DNA of 20,000 nt from an uncultured virus (IMG/VR IMGVR_UViG_3300024298_000009) (IMGVR_UViG_3300024298_000009); one strand, 5' to 3'; positions 1-8,199 are shown, counted from the stretch's first letter. The notes: generated from the sequence alone by a model not told the origin. Numbers and translations: made by a program.

Positions 1-1
1 T

Positions 2-91
2 GCAGAAGTTAAATCAGAGTTAGCTAAGTTAGATAAGAAAAGTAAAAAGCGTATCATGGGCTTCTTACAAAAACAATTAGGAACTGCTTAA
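2..91 (+). CDS. 3' end of an upstream gene (partial), sharing a motif with the 93..1202 protein
   Basis: Frame 2 reads AEVKSELAKLDKKSKKRIMGFLQKQLGTA* and stops at TAA 89-91, one base before the next ATG. It resembles AQVKAKIAKLDKKGKQRILAGLQKELGA in the next ORF. Confidence 0.8.
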   Translation, partial: AEVKSELAKLDKKSKKRIMGFLQKQLGTA

Positions 92-92
92 A

Positions 93-1202
93 ATGAGATT
101 AAATGAATTCATAACCGAAGATAAAGAACTTGCCGAAGGCCCATTGATGAATAAAATTGGTAGTGCAGTTGGCAAAGCTGTAGGAACTGCTGCCAAAGGC
201 GTTGGCGCAGTTGCAGGTGGTATAGCTGGACTTGGTGCAGCCGCTAAAAAAGGATTTGCCGCAGGTAAAAGTACGGTAGCAGGTGCAGGAGATGACGAAG
301 AGCCCGCACAAGGTCAAGCAGCAGGTGGTCAACAAGCAGCAGGTGGTGCCGGTGGTCAACAAGCAGCAGGTGGTCAAGGAGGCATAACTAAACGTCAAGT
401 TGCTCAAGATATGTGGAAAAAAGGAAAGATTGGTCAAAATAATCCTTTCCTTAATGCAGCCAAGAAAGCAGGAATGCAAGATACAGATCAAGAAGAACCC
501 GCACAAGGTCAAGCAGGAGGCCAACAACCGGCCGCTAGCGGACAACCAGCACCTGCAAAAGGAAAACCAGCAGCAGGCGGAGCAGCACAACCTGATGCAT
601 CTGGAAGAATTGAACCAACTATGGAACCCGCACAAGGTCAAGCAGCAGGTGGTCAAGGACAAGATCAAGCTCAACAAGGCACGCCTTATGCACAGGTTAA
701 AGCTAAGATTGCTAAACTAGATAAAAAAGGTAAACAACGAATCCTTGCAGGACTACAAAAAGAATTAGGCGCACAACCAGCAGCACAAGAAAAACCAGCA
801 GCAGGCGGAGGTGCATTTGGACAAATGGCAGCAAACTTAGCCGGCGAACCAAATCCGGCAGTAAGCACTGGAACAAGCTCAACTGGTGGAACAACATCAA
901 AGGTTGGTGGAACAACAACCCATACAGCAAATCCAAACAATCCTAATATGCAACAACAACCAGCACCGGAACAGCCAGCTGCAACACAAGAACCCGCAGT
1001 TGAACCTACAATGCAGACAAAGAAACGTGCTCCGAGAAAATCAAGAGCTAAGGCTCCTGCTCAGCCTTCGGTGCAAGCCGCTGGCAAAGTTAACACAGGT
1101 AATCCTTTGGCAGAAGCACTTGAAAGAAAAATTGAAGAACACAAAAAGAAATTGTTCACCGAAAATGTTAAATCAGGTGCAACAAGTATTTTTAAAAAGT
1201 AA
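93..1202 (+). CDS. Low-complexity Gly/Ala/Gln/Pro-rich protein, putative internal head (ejected) protein
   Basis: 369-aa ORF. The N-terminus MRLNEFITE..LAE resembles the T4 capsid-targeting sequence with (I/L)xE prohead-protease sites. It has internal EPAQGQAAGGQ repeats. The function is inferred. Confidence 0.6.
   Translation: MRLNEFITEDKELAEGPLMNKIGSAVGKAVGTAAKGVGAVAGGIAGLGAAAKKGFAAGKSTVAGAGDDEEPAQGQAAGGQQAAGGAGGQQAAGGQGGITKRQVAQDMWKKGKIGQNNPFLNAAKKAGMQDTDQEEPAQGQAGGQQPAASGQPAPAKGKPAAGGAAQPDASGRIEPTMEPAQGQAAGGQGQDQAQQGTPYAQVKAKIAKLDKKGKQRILAGLQKELGAQPAAQEKPAAGGGAFGQMAANLAGEPNPAVSTGTSSTGGTTSKVGGTTTHTANPNNPNMQQQPAPEQPAATQEPAVEPTMQTKKRAPRKSRAKAPAQPSVQAAGKVNTGNPLAEALERKIEEHKKKLFTENVKSGATSIFKK
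303..660 (+). repeat. Intragenic direct repeats encoding EPAQGQAAGGQ / QAAGG
   Basis: cccgcacaaggtcaagcag starts at 303, 498 and 627. caagcagcaggtggt occurs three times within 315-375. aaaaccagcagcaggcggag occurs at about 563 and again at about 791. Confidence 0.9.
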
Positions 1203-1430
1203 TTAAAAGAATGGGAGGCCGCTTTTCTTAGTGGTCTCTAAATTATCTTTGATAATCTCGCCAATAATTTGGCGCTCTTCATAACTTAGATTCATACCTT
1301 CACTATAAGAAAGTCCTCGCATATACCAACAAGCCTTGAGGACATCCTTTTTAATCTCCCTAGCCTCTTTTTCTAATTTTGAAACAAGATGTAAGATCTC
1401 CGGCCTTGGGAGGTTTAAGACCTTACTGCG
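1203..1430 (-). CDS. Start-less -1 frame extension of the gp26-like gene (gp51/tail-chaperone-GT-like C-terminal part), 75 codons
   Basis: Open frame RSKVLNLPRPEILHLVSKLEKEAREIKKDVLKACWYMRGLSYSEGMNLSYEERQIIGEIIKDNLETTKKSGLPFF*. Its stop (1203-1205) directly abuts the stop of the convergent gene (1200-1202). The first ATG/GTG/TTG is at 1322, mid-frame. It is not in the supplied ORF track. Confidence 0.75.
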   Translation of the reverse strand, partial: RSKVLNLPRPEILHLVSKLEKEAREIKKDVLKACWYMRGLSYSEGMNLSYEERQIIGEIIKDNLETTKKSGLPFF

Positions 1431-1439
1431 AAAAAATTT
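1391..1439 (-). promoter_or_regulatory. Candidate -1 programmed ribosomal frameshift signal: slippery A_AAT_TTT_TTC plus downstream stem-loop
   Basis: Minus strand 1439-1430 reads A AAT TTT TTC, giving two overlapping X_XXY_YYZ heptamers in the correct frame. GTAAGGTCTT (1426-1417) pairs with GAGATCTTAC (1400-1391) as 10 bp with 2 G-U pairs, starting 6 nt after A_AAT_TTT. Confidence 0.7.
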
Positions 1440-2275
1440 GATTGATCCATTACTAAGTTAATAGTATATTGATGATGACATTCTGTACACTCGACTTCTT
1501 GAGTCTGTAGATCAATTCTACCTTTCATTTCTGTTACATGTTTATTAATTGTATTAAACACATCAGTTGATGCATTGTTAATAAATTCTTTAATCATAAC
1601 AGAATCAGTTACGGTAGCTTCTGGCGTAGTAATACTAGTGATACATCCTGCAATAACATCTACGGTTAATTCGGTTAATTTAATAAAACTTTCGCCAAAT
1701 TGCTCTAATTTTTCTTCATCTGACAATGAATCGTTAGTAACAACGTTTAATACTTTTTGTTGTTCTAATGCTTTAATACTAGCCTTAGTAATTTCTTGAT
1801 ATGAATAAGGTCTAATAGTAATAGTTAACGGTGGAACTTCAAGTTGATCTACATATCTAAAATTATTAAGTTTATCAAGATAACTCACAAGATTAATTTC
1901 AAATGTACTTCGATTACTGCATTCAGGGCAATCCGCATCAACTTCCATCATTTCACCGTAGGTTGCTGTTCTAATAGCAATTAAAACAGCATCTAAATCT
2001 AAACTTGGCATTTTCCAAGGATCTTTAATAGCAGGCACACAGCTTTTTATTAGTTCAACGGTTGCTTGACCATTCATTAACGCATCGGGAGTTTTAAACA
2101 TAAGTTCGTCCTTAGCGGTCATAGCATAGACAGCGTATTCGCCATTCTCACTCTGATCCAATACTCCCGGCGGATAATATTTGCCGTGACTTGGTAAAGT
2201 TACATATAACTTTGGTTGTCTAAAAAACGCTGCCAACGGATTTGTTGGTTTAGCAATTGATGGATTTTCTACCAT
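1415..2275 (-). CDS. T4 gp26/gp51-family baseplate hub / tail assembly protein
   Basis: 286 aa. It has the motifs LPSxGKYYP, V(Y)AMTAKDEL..KTPDAL.NG, DLDAVLIAIR.ATYG, two CxxC pairs (CPEC, CTEC) and a C-terminal NFF, typical of T4_baseplate-like proteins. It lies next to the tape measure gene. Confidence 0.75.
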   Translation of the reverse strand: MVENPSIAKPTNPLAAFFRQPKLYVTLPSHGKYYPPGVLDQSENGEYAVYAMTAKDELMFKTPDALMNGQATVELIKSCVPAIKDPWKMPSLDLDAVLIAIRTATYGEMMEVDADCPECSNRSTFEINLVSYLDKLNNFRYVDQLEVPPLTITIRPYSYQEITKASIKALEQQKVLNVVTNDSLSDEEKLEQFGESFIKLTELTVDVIAGCITSITTPEATVTDSVMIKEFINNASTDVFNTINKHVTEMKGRIDLQTQEVECTECHHQYTINLVMDQSNFFAVRS

Positions 2276-2287
2276 TTTTTAACCCCG

Positions 2288-2294
2288 ATAAATA
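2288..2294 (+). promoter_or_regulatory. T4-late-like promoter box ATAAATA driving the tape measure/head operon
   Basis: ATAAATA in the divergent intergenic gap. It matches the T4 late consensus TATAAATA, and the motif recurs upstream of other late genes. Confidence 0.6.
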
Positions 2295-2309
2295 AAAAGT
2301 AATCATACG

Positions 2310-2316
2310 TATTTAT
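2310..2316 (-). promoter_or_regulatory. T4-late-like promoter box ATAAATA driving the minus-strand gp26-like gene
   Basis: Plus-strand TATTTAT equals ATAAATA on the minus strand, 35 nt upstream of the ATG at 2275. Confidence 0.6.
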
Positions 2317-2343
2317 GTACGCACTTTTCTGGGATTTTGAATA

Positions 2344-5300
2344 ATGGCAGAAGTAACCGGTGATCTAGGCGGTCAACCAATTGAATTAAACAACGCGGCT
2401 ACCGAAGCCACCCTCAAGGAACTTGTCCGTGCTGTTGCTCTGTTGGCTGCTAAACAAGGCAAAGACGGCAAATCTGAAAAACAAATTGCAGAGTCGATGA
2501 AAAAATTCTACAAGCAACTTGAAGAATCATCGGACGGATTTAAAAAATTAACCAAACTGCAAAAAGAAAAGATAAAACAAGACGAAGAAGAAAACAAAGC
2601 TCAAAAAGAAAAGATAAAACAATATCAAGAAGAACTTAGAGCCCAGGAAAAATTTATTGAAGGGACAAAATTAGTTGCTTCTGGATTTACAAAAGTTGCT
2701 AGTAGTGCCAGTGCATTAGGATCATCATTCTTTGGGTTAATGAATGATCTTGCCAATATGGGAAACAACATCAATGCTGTTGGCGGCATTATTGGCAAGA
2801 TTCCAATTTTTGGTGGAGTTCTTGGGTCGGCCTTTGGTGCTGTAGCAGGCGCTGCTACAAAAACTTATGAATCGTTTAACAAAGCAGCAAGTGTTGGTGC
2901 AAACTTCGGAGGAAGCATTCAAGAAATGCAACGTCAAGTTTCGGCAACAGGGCTAACACTTGACCAGTACACAAGCATTATTAAAAATAACAGCGAGAAC
3001 TTAGCATTATTTGGCGGTAGTGTAACTCAAGGTGCAAAACGTTTAAGTGAAATGTCTCAGAAGATTAGAAATAGTCAACTTGGAGACGAACTTGCAAGAT
3101 TGGGTTATTCAACTGAAGATATTAATAATGGCATTGCTAGATATTCAGCAATAGTCACAAAGAGCGCCGGCGGAGTAAGAGTTTCAAACGAAGAGTTAGT
3201 TAAAGATACGGGTGACTATCTAAGAAATTTAGATGCTGTTTCAAAACTTACTGGTAAGAATAAAGAAATACTTCAAAGAGAACAAGAAGCAAGACAAGCC
3301 GATGCGCAGTTTAGAATATTACAGGCTAAAGTTGGAAAAGAAGGTGCTAAAAATTTAAACATGCTAATGGATAGCATGAGTGAATCTGAAAAACAAGCAG
3401 CACAAACTATTTTAGCCACAGGATCATTAAACAGCGAAGCAGCTCAGCAATTAATGATTACAAATCCGCAGGCCGCAAAAGCATTGCTACAGGCTTCTCG
3501 TGATATTAGACAATCAGGAACAATGACTAGAGAAGGAGCATTTAAGATTGACGAAGCATTCAATGCTGGTGCTATTGCTAGTCAAAAAAATGCTGCTCAA
3601 GTAACGTTGGCCACGTATGATGCTGAAAAATGGGGCAAGGGTATTGTTTCTAATTTAGATCGAGCCAACAGGGCAGAAAAAGATAACGGAAGTCTAAGAG
3701 CACAAGCGGCACAACAAGAATTAGACAGACAAAAACAATTAACAGAAGGCGCCAAAGGTCTTGATCCTGCTAAAATGAAAAGTAACATGGAAAAGTTAGC
3801 TGACCTTTCAAATAAATTTATGGCAGCATTGGCTAATAGTCCGTTGTTAGATAAAATGTTGCAGTCATTTACAGCGGCCATAGAAGAACTAACTCCTATA
3901 TTAATTGAAGGATTGACTTGGGTGGCAGACCATGCAAAAGAAGTAGCTATAGGAATGGGAATACTAGGTGGACTTATAGTAGTTTCAAGCGCCATTACTG
4001 CTGCTGCAAATTTAGTTCAAGCAGTTAATGTTTTAGGTTTAACAGCACTGGCATCAGCAGTATGGGCAACCGTAGCTCCTGTACTAGCGGCCGCAGCGCC
4101 ATTTATTGCAGTAGCGGCAGCGGTTGCAGGTGTTGTTTATCTCTTTAAGAAATTATATGATAGTGGTTGGACATTTGGAACAATTATTGATGCTTTAAAA
4201 GATAATTTCCAACGTTTATGGATGACTTTGCAAGATTGGATGGATTCTTTATTAGAGAAAATACCAAATGCAATTGGTGGTATTAGTAAAGCAGAAGCTG
4301 ATAGACGTAGAGCCTTAAGGGATGACCAACGTAAAGAACTTGACGCTAAAGAAAAAGATAGAGACGATAAGAGAAAACAAAAAGCAATAGAACGTGGAAC
4401 TTACGAGGAAGATAAGAAAGCTACTCAAGAACATACTAAAACAACACAAGCTGCTACCGCTGCGGCTCAAGAGGCAACTAAAACAACAGAAGCTCAAGTA
4501 GAAGCACAGAAGAAAATTAATTACACAAGTCCTGAAGAAACATTTAAAGCCTTTAAAGAAAGAAAAACTATGGGAGGAGGAGCTCCTTCACCTGCCACAC
4601 CTGCTACTGCACCCGCTGCACCAACAGGAGGACCGGCCCCAGGAGCTGCTGGACCGTTAAATCAAGATCAACAGAAAAACATGGCTCTAGTTGAAGCAGC
4701 TCTTAAAAAACAAGGAATTACTGATCCTGCTTATGTTGCTGCTGTCAAAGGCAACATAATGAAAGAAACTGGCGGTAAGAGTATTTCTGAAAATATGAAT
4801 TATGCTAATACATCTAACGATCGTATTAGAAAAATATTTGGTAGTAGGGCTGCTGGAAAATCCGATGCAGAACTAAATGCTATCAAAGGCGACCAGCAAA
4901 AAATGGGCGAAATGATGTATGGTTCCGGCACAGCAATGGGTCGTCAAATGGGGAATACGGAACCCGGAGATGGATGGAAATATAGAGGCAGAGGTTTTAT
5001 TCAGTTAACTGGTAAAAATAATTATGCCGCTGCATCAAAAGCCATCTACGGTGATGATAGATTAGTTAAAAATCCAGATTTAGTTAACGATCCACAGGTT
5101 GCTGCGGAAGTTAGTGCTTGGTATATGAAAAAAGGTCAAGCCGGAATGGCTAGCAAACTTGGTATGGGCACTTCTGGATTATCTCAAGAACAAGCAAACT
5201 TGTTAGCAACAAGCCAAATTGCCGGTGGAGACATAAGACGAAAAGGCGCAATTGGAGAAGAAATTTTAGGAAAAGTAAATTCTTATTCTGGACAATTTGC

Positions 5301-5577
5301 CAAAGGTGGCAGCGTAACTCCATCGACCTCAACAGCTCAAACTAGTGTATCACAACAACCAGCAGCGCCAGCACCAGCGGCAGCAACTGCTCAACCAAGA
5401 ACTGGTGCAACAACACCTACACCCGCTAAGGCAACTCAAGAAACAGCTGAATCGCAGTTATCGCTATTAAATACTAAGATGGATCTATTAGTTATGATAA
5501 ATCGAAAATTATTAGAAGTTAACGACAAGCAGCTTACTACACAAAAGTCTATGACGGGCAATGTATATTCTGCTTAA
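2344..5577 (+). CDS. Tape measure-like protein with C-terminal glycoside hydrolase family 19 (lysozyme/chitinase-like) domain
   Basis: 1077 aa with long helical Ala/Gln/Lys-rich regions and a hydrophobic stretch (about nt 3943-4146). A Pro/Ala linker leads to NIMKETGG and the GH19 signature GDGWKYRGRGFIQLTGKNNY (4966-5025). Confidence 0.85.
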   Translation: MAEVTGDLGGQPIELNNAATEATLKELVRAVALLAAKQGKDGKSEKQIAESMKKFYKQLEESSDGFKKLTKLQKEKIKQDEEENKAQKEKIKQYQEELRAQEKFIEGTKLVASGFTKVASSASALGSSFFGLMNDLANMGNNINAVGGIIGKIPIFGGVLGSAFGAVAGAATKTYESFNKAASVGANFGGSIQEMQRQVSATGLTLDQYTSIIKNNSENLALFGGSVTQGAKRLSEMSQKIRNSQLGDELARLGYSTEDINNGIARYSAIVTKSAGGVRVSNEELVKDTGDYLRNLDAVSKLTGKNKEILQREQEARQADAQFRILQAKVGKEGAKNLNMLMDSMSESEKQAAQTILATGSLNSEAAQQLMITNPQAAKALLQASRDIRQSGTMTREGAFKIDEAFNAGAIASQKNAAQVTLATYDAEKWGKGIVSNLDRANRAEKDNGSLRAQAAQQELDRQKQLTEGAKGLDPAKMKSNMEKLADLSNKFMAALANSPLLDKMLQSFTAAIEELTPILIEGLTWVADHAKEVAIGMGILGGLIVVSSAITAAANLVQAVNVLGLTALASAVWATVAPVLAAAAPFIAVAAAVAGVVYLFKKLYDSGWTFGTIIDALKDNFQRLWMTLQDWMDSLLEKIPNAIGGISKAEADRRRALRDDQRKELDAKEKDRDDKRKQKAIERGTYEEDKKATQEHTKTTQAATAAAQEATKTTEAQVEAQKKINYTSPEETFKAFKERKTMGGGAPSPATPATAPAAPTGGPAPGAAGPLNQDQQKNMALVEAALKKQGITDPAYVAAVKGNIMKETGGKSISENMNYANTSNDRIRKIFGSRAAGKSDAELNAIKGDQQKMGEMMYGSGTAMGRQMGNTEPGDGWKYRGRGFIQLTGKNNYAAASKAIYGDDRLVKNPDLVNDPQVAAEVSAWYMKKGQAGMASKLGMGTSGLSQEQANLLATSQIAGGDIRRKGAIGEEILGKVNSYSGQFAKGGSVTPSTSTAQTSVSQQPAAPAPAAATAQPRTGATTPTPAKATQETAESQLSLLNTKMDLLVMINRKLLEVNDKQLTTQKSMTGNVYSA

Positions 5578-5591
5578 GGATCATTAATTAA

Positions 5592-7289
5592 ATGAGTTGG
5601 AAAAAATATTTTACTCCTGTCAACATCGATAACCAACAAGGAACAATGAGTCCTATTGGCAGTAGAGGGCGACCAGGACCTGCAAGAACTAATTATTCAT
5701 CATTCTTGCCTGACGTATATGCAGGTAATCCAAATCGTGTCGAACGATATATGCAATATGACACTATGGATATGGACAGCGAAGTTAACGCAGCTCTAGA
5801 TATCTTAGCTGAATTTTGTACACAAAAAGATAGAGAAAATGGAACAGCGTTTCAACTATCATTTAAAGGCAAACCAACCGGAACCGAAGTTAAGTTAATT
5901 AAAGAAAGCCTACAGAAGTGGGCAAAACAAAATCAATTTGACACAAGAATTTTTCGTATAGTTCGAAATTCTTTCAAATACGGAGATTGTTTCTTTGTTA
6001 GAGATCCAGAAACTAAAAAATGGTTGTATGTTGATCCTGCTAAGGTTACAAAAATTATCGTTAACGAAAGCGAAGGAAAAATTCCCGAGCAATATGTTTT
6101 AAAAGATATTAATTTTAACTTTGCAAATCTAATTGCAACAACTCCTCATGCTACATCAAATACACAACCTAGTGGTACTGGTAGTTATACCGTATCGGGC
6201 GGTGGATTTGGTAGAGGATTTGTTGGGGATGCAGCAAGACCTCCTGGCACTAGATTTCACAATCAAGTAAACGAAATAACGGTTGATGCAAAAAATGTTG
6301 TGCATATTAGTTTAAGCGAAGGATTAGACAACAATTATCCTTTTGGCAATTCAATTTTAGAATCTGTATTCAAAGTCTACAAGCAAAAAGAATTGCTTGA
6401 AGATGCTATTATTATCTATCGTATACAACGTGCTCCAGAAAGACGTATTTTCTATGTAGACGTTGGAAATATGCCAGCACACATGGCTATGAGCTTTGTT
6501 GAACGTGTTAAAAACGAAATCCAACAAAGACGTATTCCTAGCGCCAGCGGTGGTGGCAATAATTTAGTTGACGCTAGTTATAATCCACTAAGTGTAAACG
6601 AAGATTACTTCTTCCCACAAACTGCTGAAGGTCGTGGTTCTAAAGTTGAAACACTACCGGGTGGTACTAATCTAGGTGAAATTACAGATTTACGATTCTT
6701 TACAAACAAACTTTTCCGTGCTTTAAGAATACCAGCAGCATACTTGCCAACAGGTATTGAAGAAGCAAGTAATACTATTGCCGACGGAAAAGTTGGAACG
6801 GCATATATTCAAGAATTACGATTTAATGAATATTGCAAACGTTTACAATCAATGATAGCGCAAACATTTGATGTTGAATTTAAACTTTGGATGGCTGCGC
6901 AGGGCGTAAACATTGACAATAGTTTATTTGAATTAAAATTTAATACTCCACAAAACTTTGCTGCTTATCGTCAATCAGAACTTGACACAGCAAGAGCAGC
7001 AACATATTCACAAGTTTCACAAATTCCTCATCTAAGCAAACGTTTTGCACTAAAACGCTTCTTAGGATTAACTGAAGAAGAAATTAAAGAAAATGAATCA
7101 TTATGGCGCGAAGAAAATGGTTCTAACCTAACACCTACGGATGATGCTGCTGGAGACTTAAGATCGGCTGGCGTAACACCGGGAGGTATGGCGGCAGAAG
7201 CGGGTGGACAAGACGCAGAAGCACCCGACGATTTAGCAGCACAAGCAGCTGAACCAGGGGCTGAACCTGAAGCTGCTCCAGCAGCCTAA
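5592..7289 (+). CDS. gp20: Portal protein, T4 gp20-like
   Basis: 565 aa with the motifs LLEDAIIIYRIQRAPERRIFYVDVGNMP, EDYFFP..EGRGSKVETLPGG.NLGEI.D and LFRALRIP, characteristic of T4-like portals. Confidence 0.95.
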   Translation: MSWKKYFTPVNIDNQQGTMSPIGSRGRPGPARTNYSSFLPDVYAGNPNRVERYMQYDTMDMDSEVNAALDILAEFCTQKDRENGTAFQLSFKGKPTGTEVKLIKESLQKWAKQNQFDTRIFRIVRNSFKYGDCFFVRDPETKKWLYVDPAKVTKIIVNESEGKIPEQYVLKDINFNFANLIATTPHATSNTQPSGTGSYTVSGGGFGRGFVGDAARPPGTRFHNQVNEITVDAKNVVHISLSEGLDNNYPFGNSILESVFKVYKQKELLEDAIIIYRIQRAPERRIFYVDVGNMPAHMAMSFVERVKNEIQQRRIPSASGGGNNLVDASYNPLSVNEDYFFPQTAEGRGSKVETLPGGTNLGEITDLRFFTNKLFRALRIPAAYLPTGIEEASNTIADGKVGTAYIQELRFNEYCKRLQSMIAQTFDVEFKLWMAAQGVNIDNSLFELKFNTPQNFAAYRQSELDTARAATYSQVSQIPHLSKRFALKRFLGLTEEEIKENESLWREENGSNLTPTDDAAGDLRSAGVTPGGMAAEAGGQDAEAPDDLAAQAAEPGAEPEAAPAA

Positions 7290-7295
7290 CTTAGG

Positions 7296-7301
7296 TAAAT
7301 A
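7296..7301 (+). promoter_or_regulatory. Late promoter box TAAATA, 5 nt before ATG (probable leaderless transcript)
   Basis: TAAATA-ttatt-ATG with no room for a Shine-Dalgarno sequence between box and start. Confidence 0.55.
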
Positions 7302-7306
7302 TTATT

Positions 7307-7555
7307 ATGCTTCTACGTGAATTTTTCTATTTTAACGACAATACAAACGACTTTGGAAACGATCAAAGATATGACGCTTCCAGAGATAGTTCTGTCTTAA
7401 AAAAATCAGATACTCGTAAAATTCGATTAACTTTACGACAAATCAACCAACTGCGCCAACAAAGCGAAGCTCATGAAATGGAAGAACAATCAGAGCGTTC
7501 GTTTATACAACAGATGTACGGTACTCCAGTTGAAGCACAGCAACCCGCGGAATGA
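7307..7555 (+). CDS. Small hypothetical head-module protein
   Basis: 82-aa ORF right after the portal gene. The MLLREF N-terminus resembles the capsid-targeting-like start of the ORF at 93. It contains the motif RKIRLTLRQINQLR. Confidence 0.75.
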   Translation: MLLREFFYFNDNTNDFGNDQRYDASRDSSVLKKSDTRKIRLTLRQINQLRQQSEAHEMEEQSERSFIQQMYGTPVEAQQPAE

Positions 7556-8171
7556 ACCAGCTTTCGTACTTGGTAATGGGCGTAGCAGACTAAGATTAAA
7601 TCATGCTGCCCTGCCAGAATACGGCACTACATTTGGTTGTAACGCACTTTACAGAGAATTTGAACCCGATTTTTTAATTGCAGTTGACGTAAAAATGGTC
7701 AACGAAATTATAGCCAGCGGGTATCACAGAACACATTCTGTATGGACAAATCCAAACAAAGGAGTTAATACTAAGTCCGGAGTTAACTTTTTCCATCCGC
7801 ATAGGGGATGGAGTAGCGGTCCAACAGCTCTTTATTTTGCTTGCGATTGCGGCCACAAAGACATATATATTTTTGGATTTGATTATGAAGGCATAGAAGG
7901 TAAATTTAACAATGTTTATGCCGATACATATAACTATAAAAAGAGTTTTGAACCGCCCACTTACCACGGTAATTGGCTAAGTCAAACAGAAAAAACGATT
8001 AGAGATTGGAGAGGTAATCAGTTTTACAGAGTAGTAGAATCGGGATCATTTATTCCAGAAAAACTTGGCCCTACATTACCAAATTTAAAACATATAAGTT
8101 TTGAAGAATTTGAAAAAAAGTTCCCCGGAACTATATATTCTGACCAAACGAATCAAAAAAACGTCATTTAA
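7530..8171 (+). CDS. Maf/MptE(DUF115)-like Rossmann-fold protein, possible glycosyltransferase (GT29/GT42-like)
   Basis: Motifs AFVLGNGxSR, FGCNALYR..PDFLIAVD, GWSSGPTAL and IYIFGFDY. The start is uncertain (TTG 7530 or ATG 7473) and both options overlap the upstream gene. Confidence 0.65.
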   Translation: MKHSNPRNEPAFVLGNGRSRLRLNHAALPEYGTTFGCNALYREFEPDFLIAVDVKMVNEIIASGYHRTHSVWTNPNKGVNTKSGVNFFHPHRGWSSGPTALYFACDCGHKDIYIFGFDYEGIEGKFNNVYADTYNYKKSFEPPTYHGNWLSQTEKTIRDWRGNQFYRVVESGSFIPEKLGPTLPNLKHISFEEFEKKFPGTIYSDQTNQKNVI

Positions 8172-8193
8172 CCCCTTTTTTTAATCTACGCAG

Positions 8194-8199
8194 TAAATA
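8194..8199 (+). promoter_or_regulatory. Late promoter box TAAATA upstream of the core/protease/scaffold/capsid genes
   Basis: Intergenic TAAATA, followed by SD AAGGAGA (8224-8230) and ATG 8238. Confidence 0.6.

Noticed and set aside
303..810. Short repeats as a possible CRISPR array or DGR repeat pair
   Set aside because: The repeats are in-frame peptide repeats with irregular spacing and no unique equal-length spacers. There is no adenine-specific variation and no cas or RT gene in the window.
99..1206. Alternative-frame and antisense ORFs over the 93..1202 gene (99..677-, 400..720+, 686..940-, 712..936-, 886..1206+)
   Set aside because: These are shadows of a low-complexity, repeat-rich gene. 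They have implausible composition (Cys/Leu or Gln/Asn runs) and no SD.
2560..2622. 21-nt direct repeat (QKEKIKQ twice, 42-nt period) in the tape measure gene
   Set aside because: A real but ordinary local duplication in a coiled-coil, A-rich segment.
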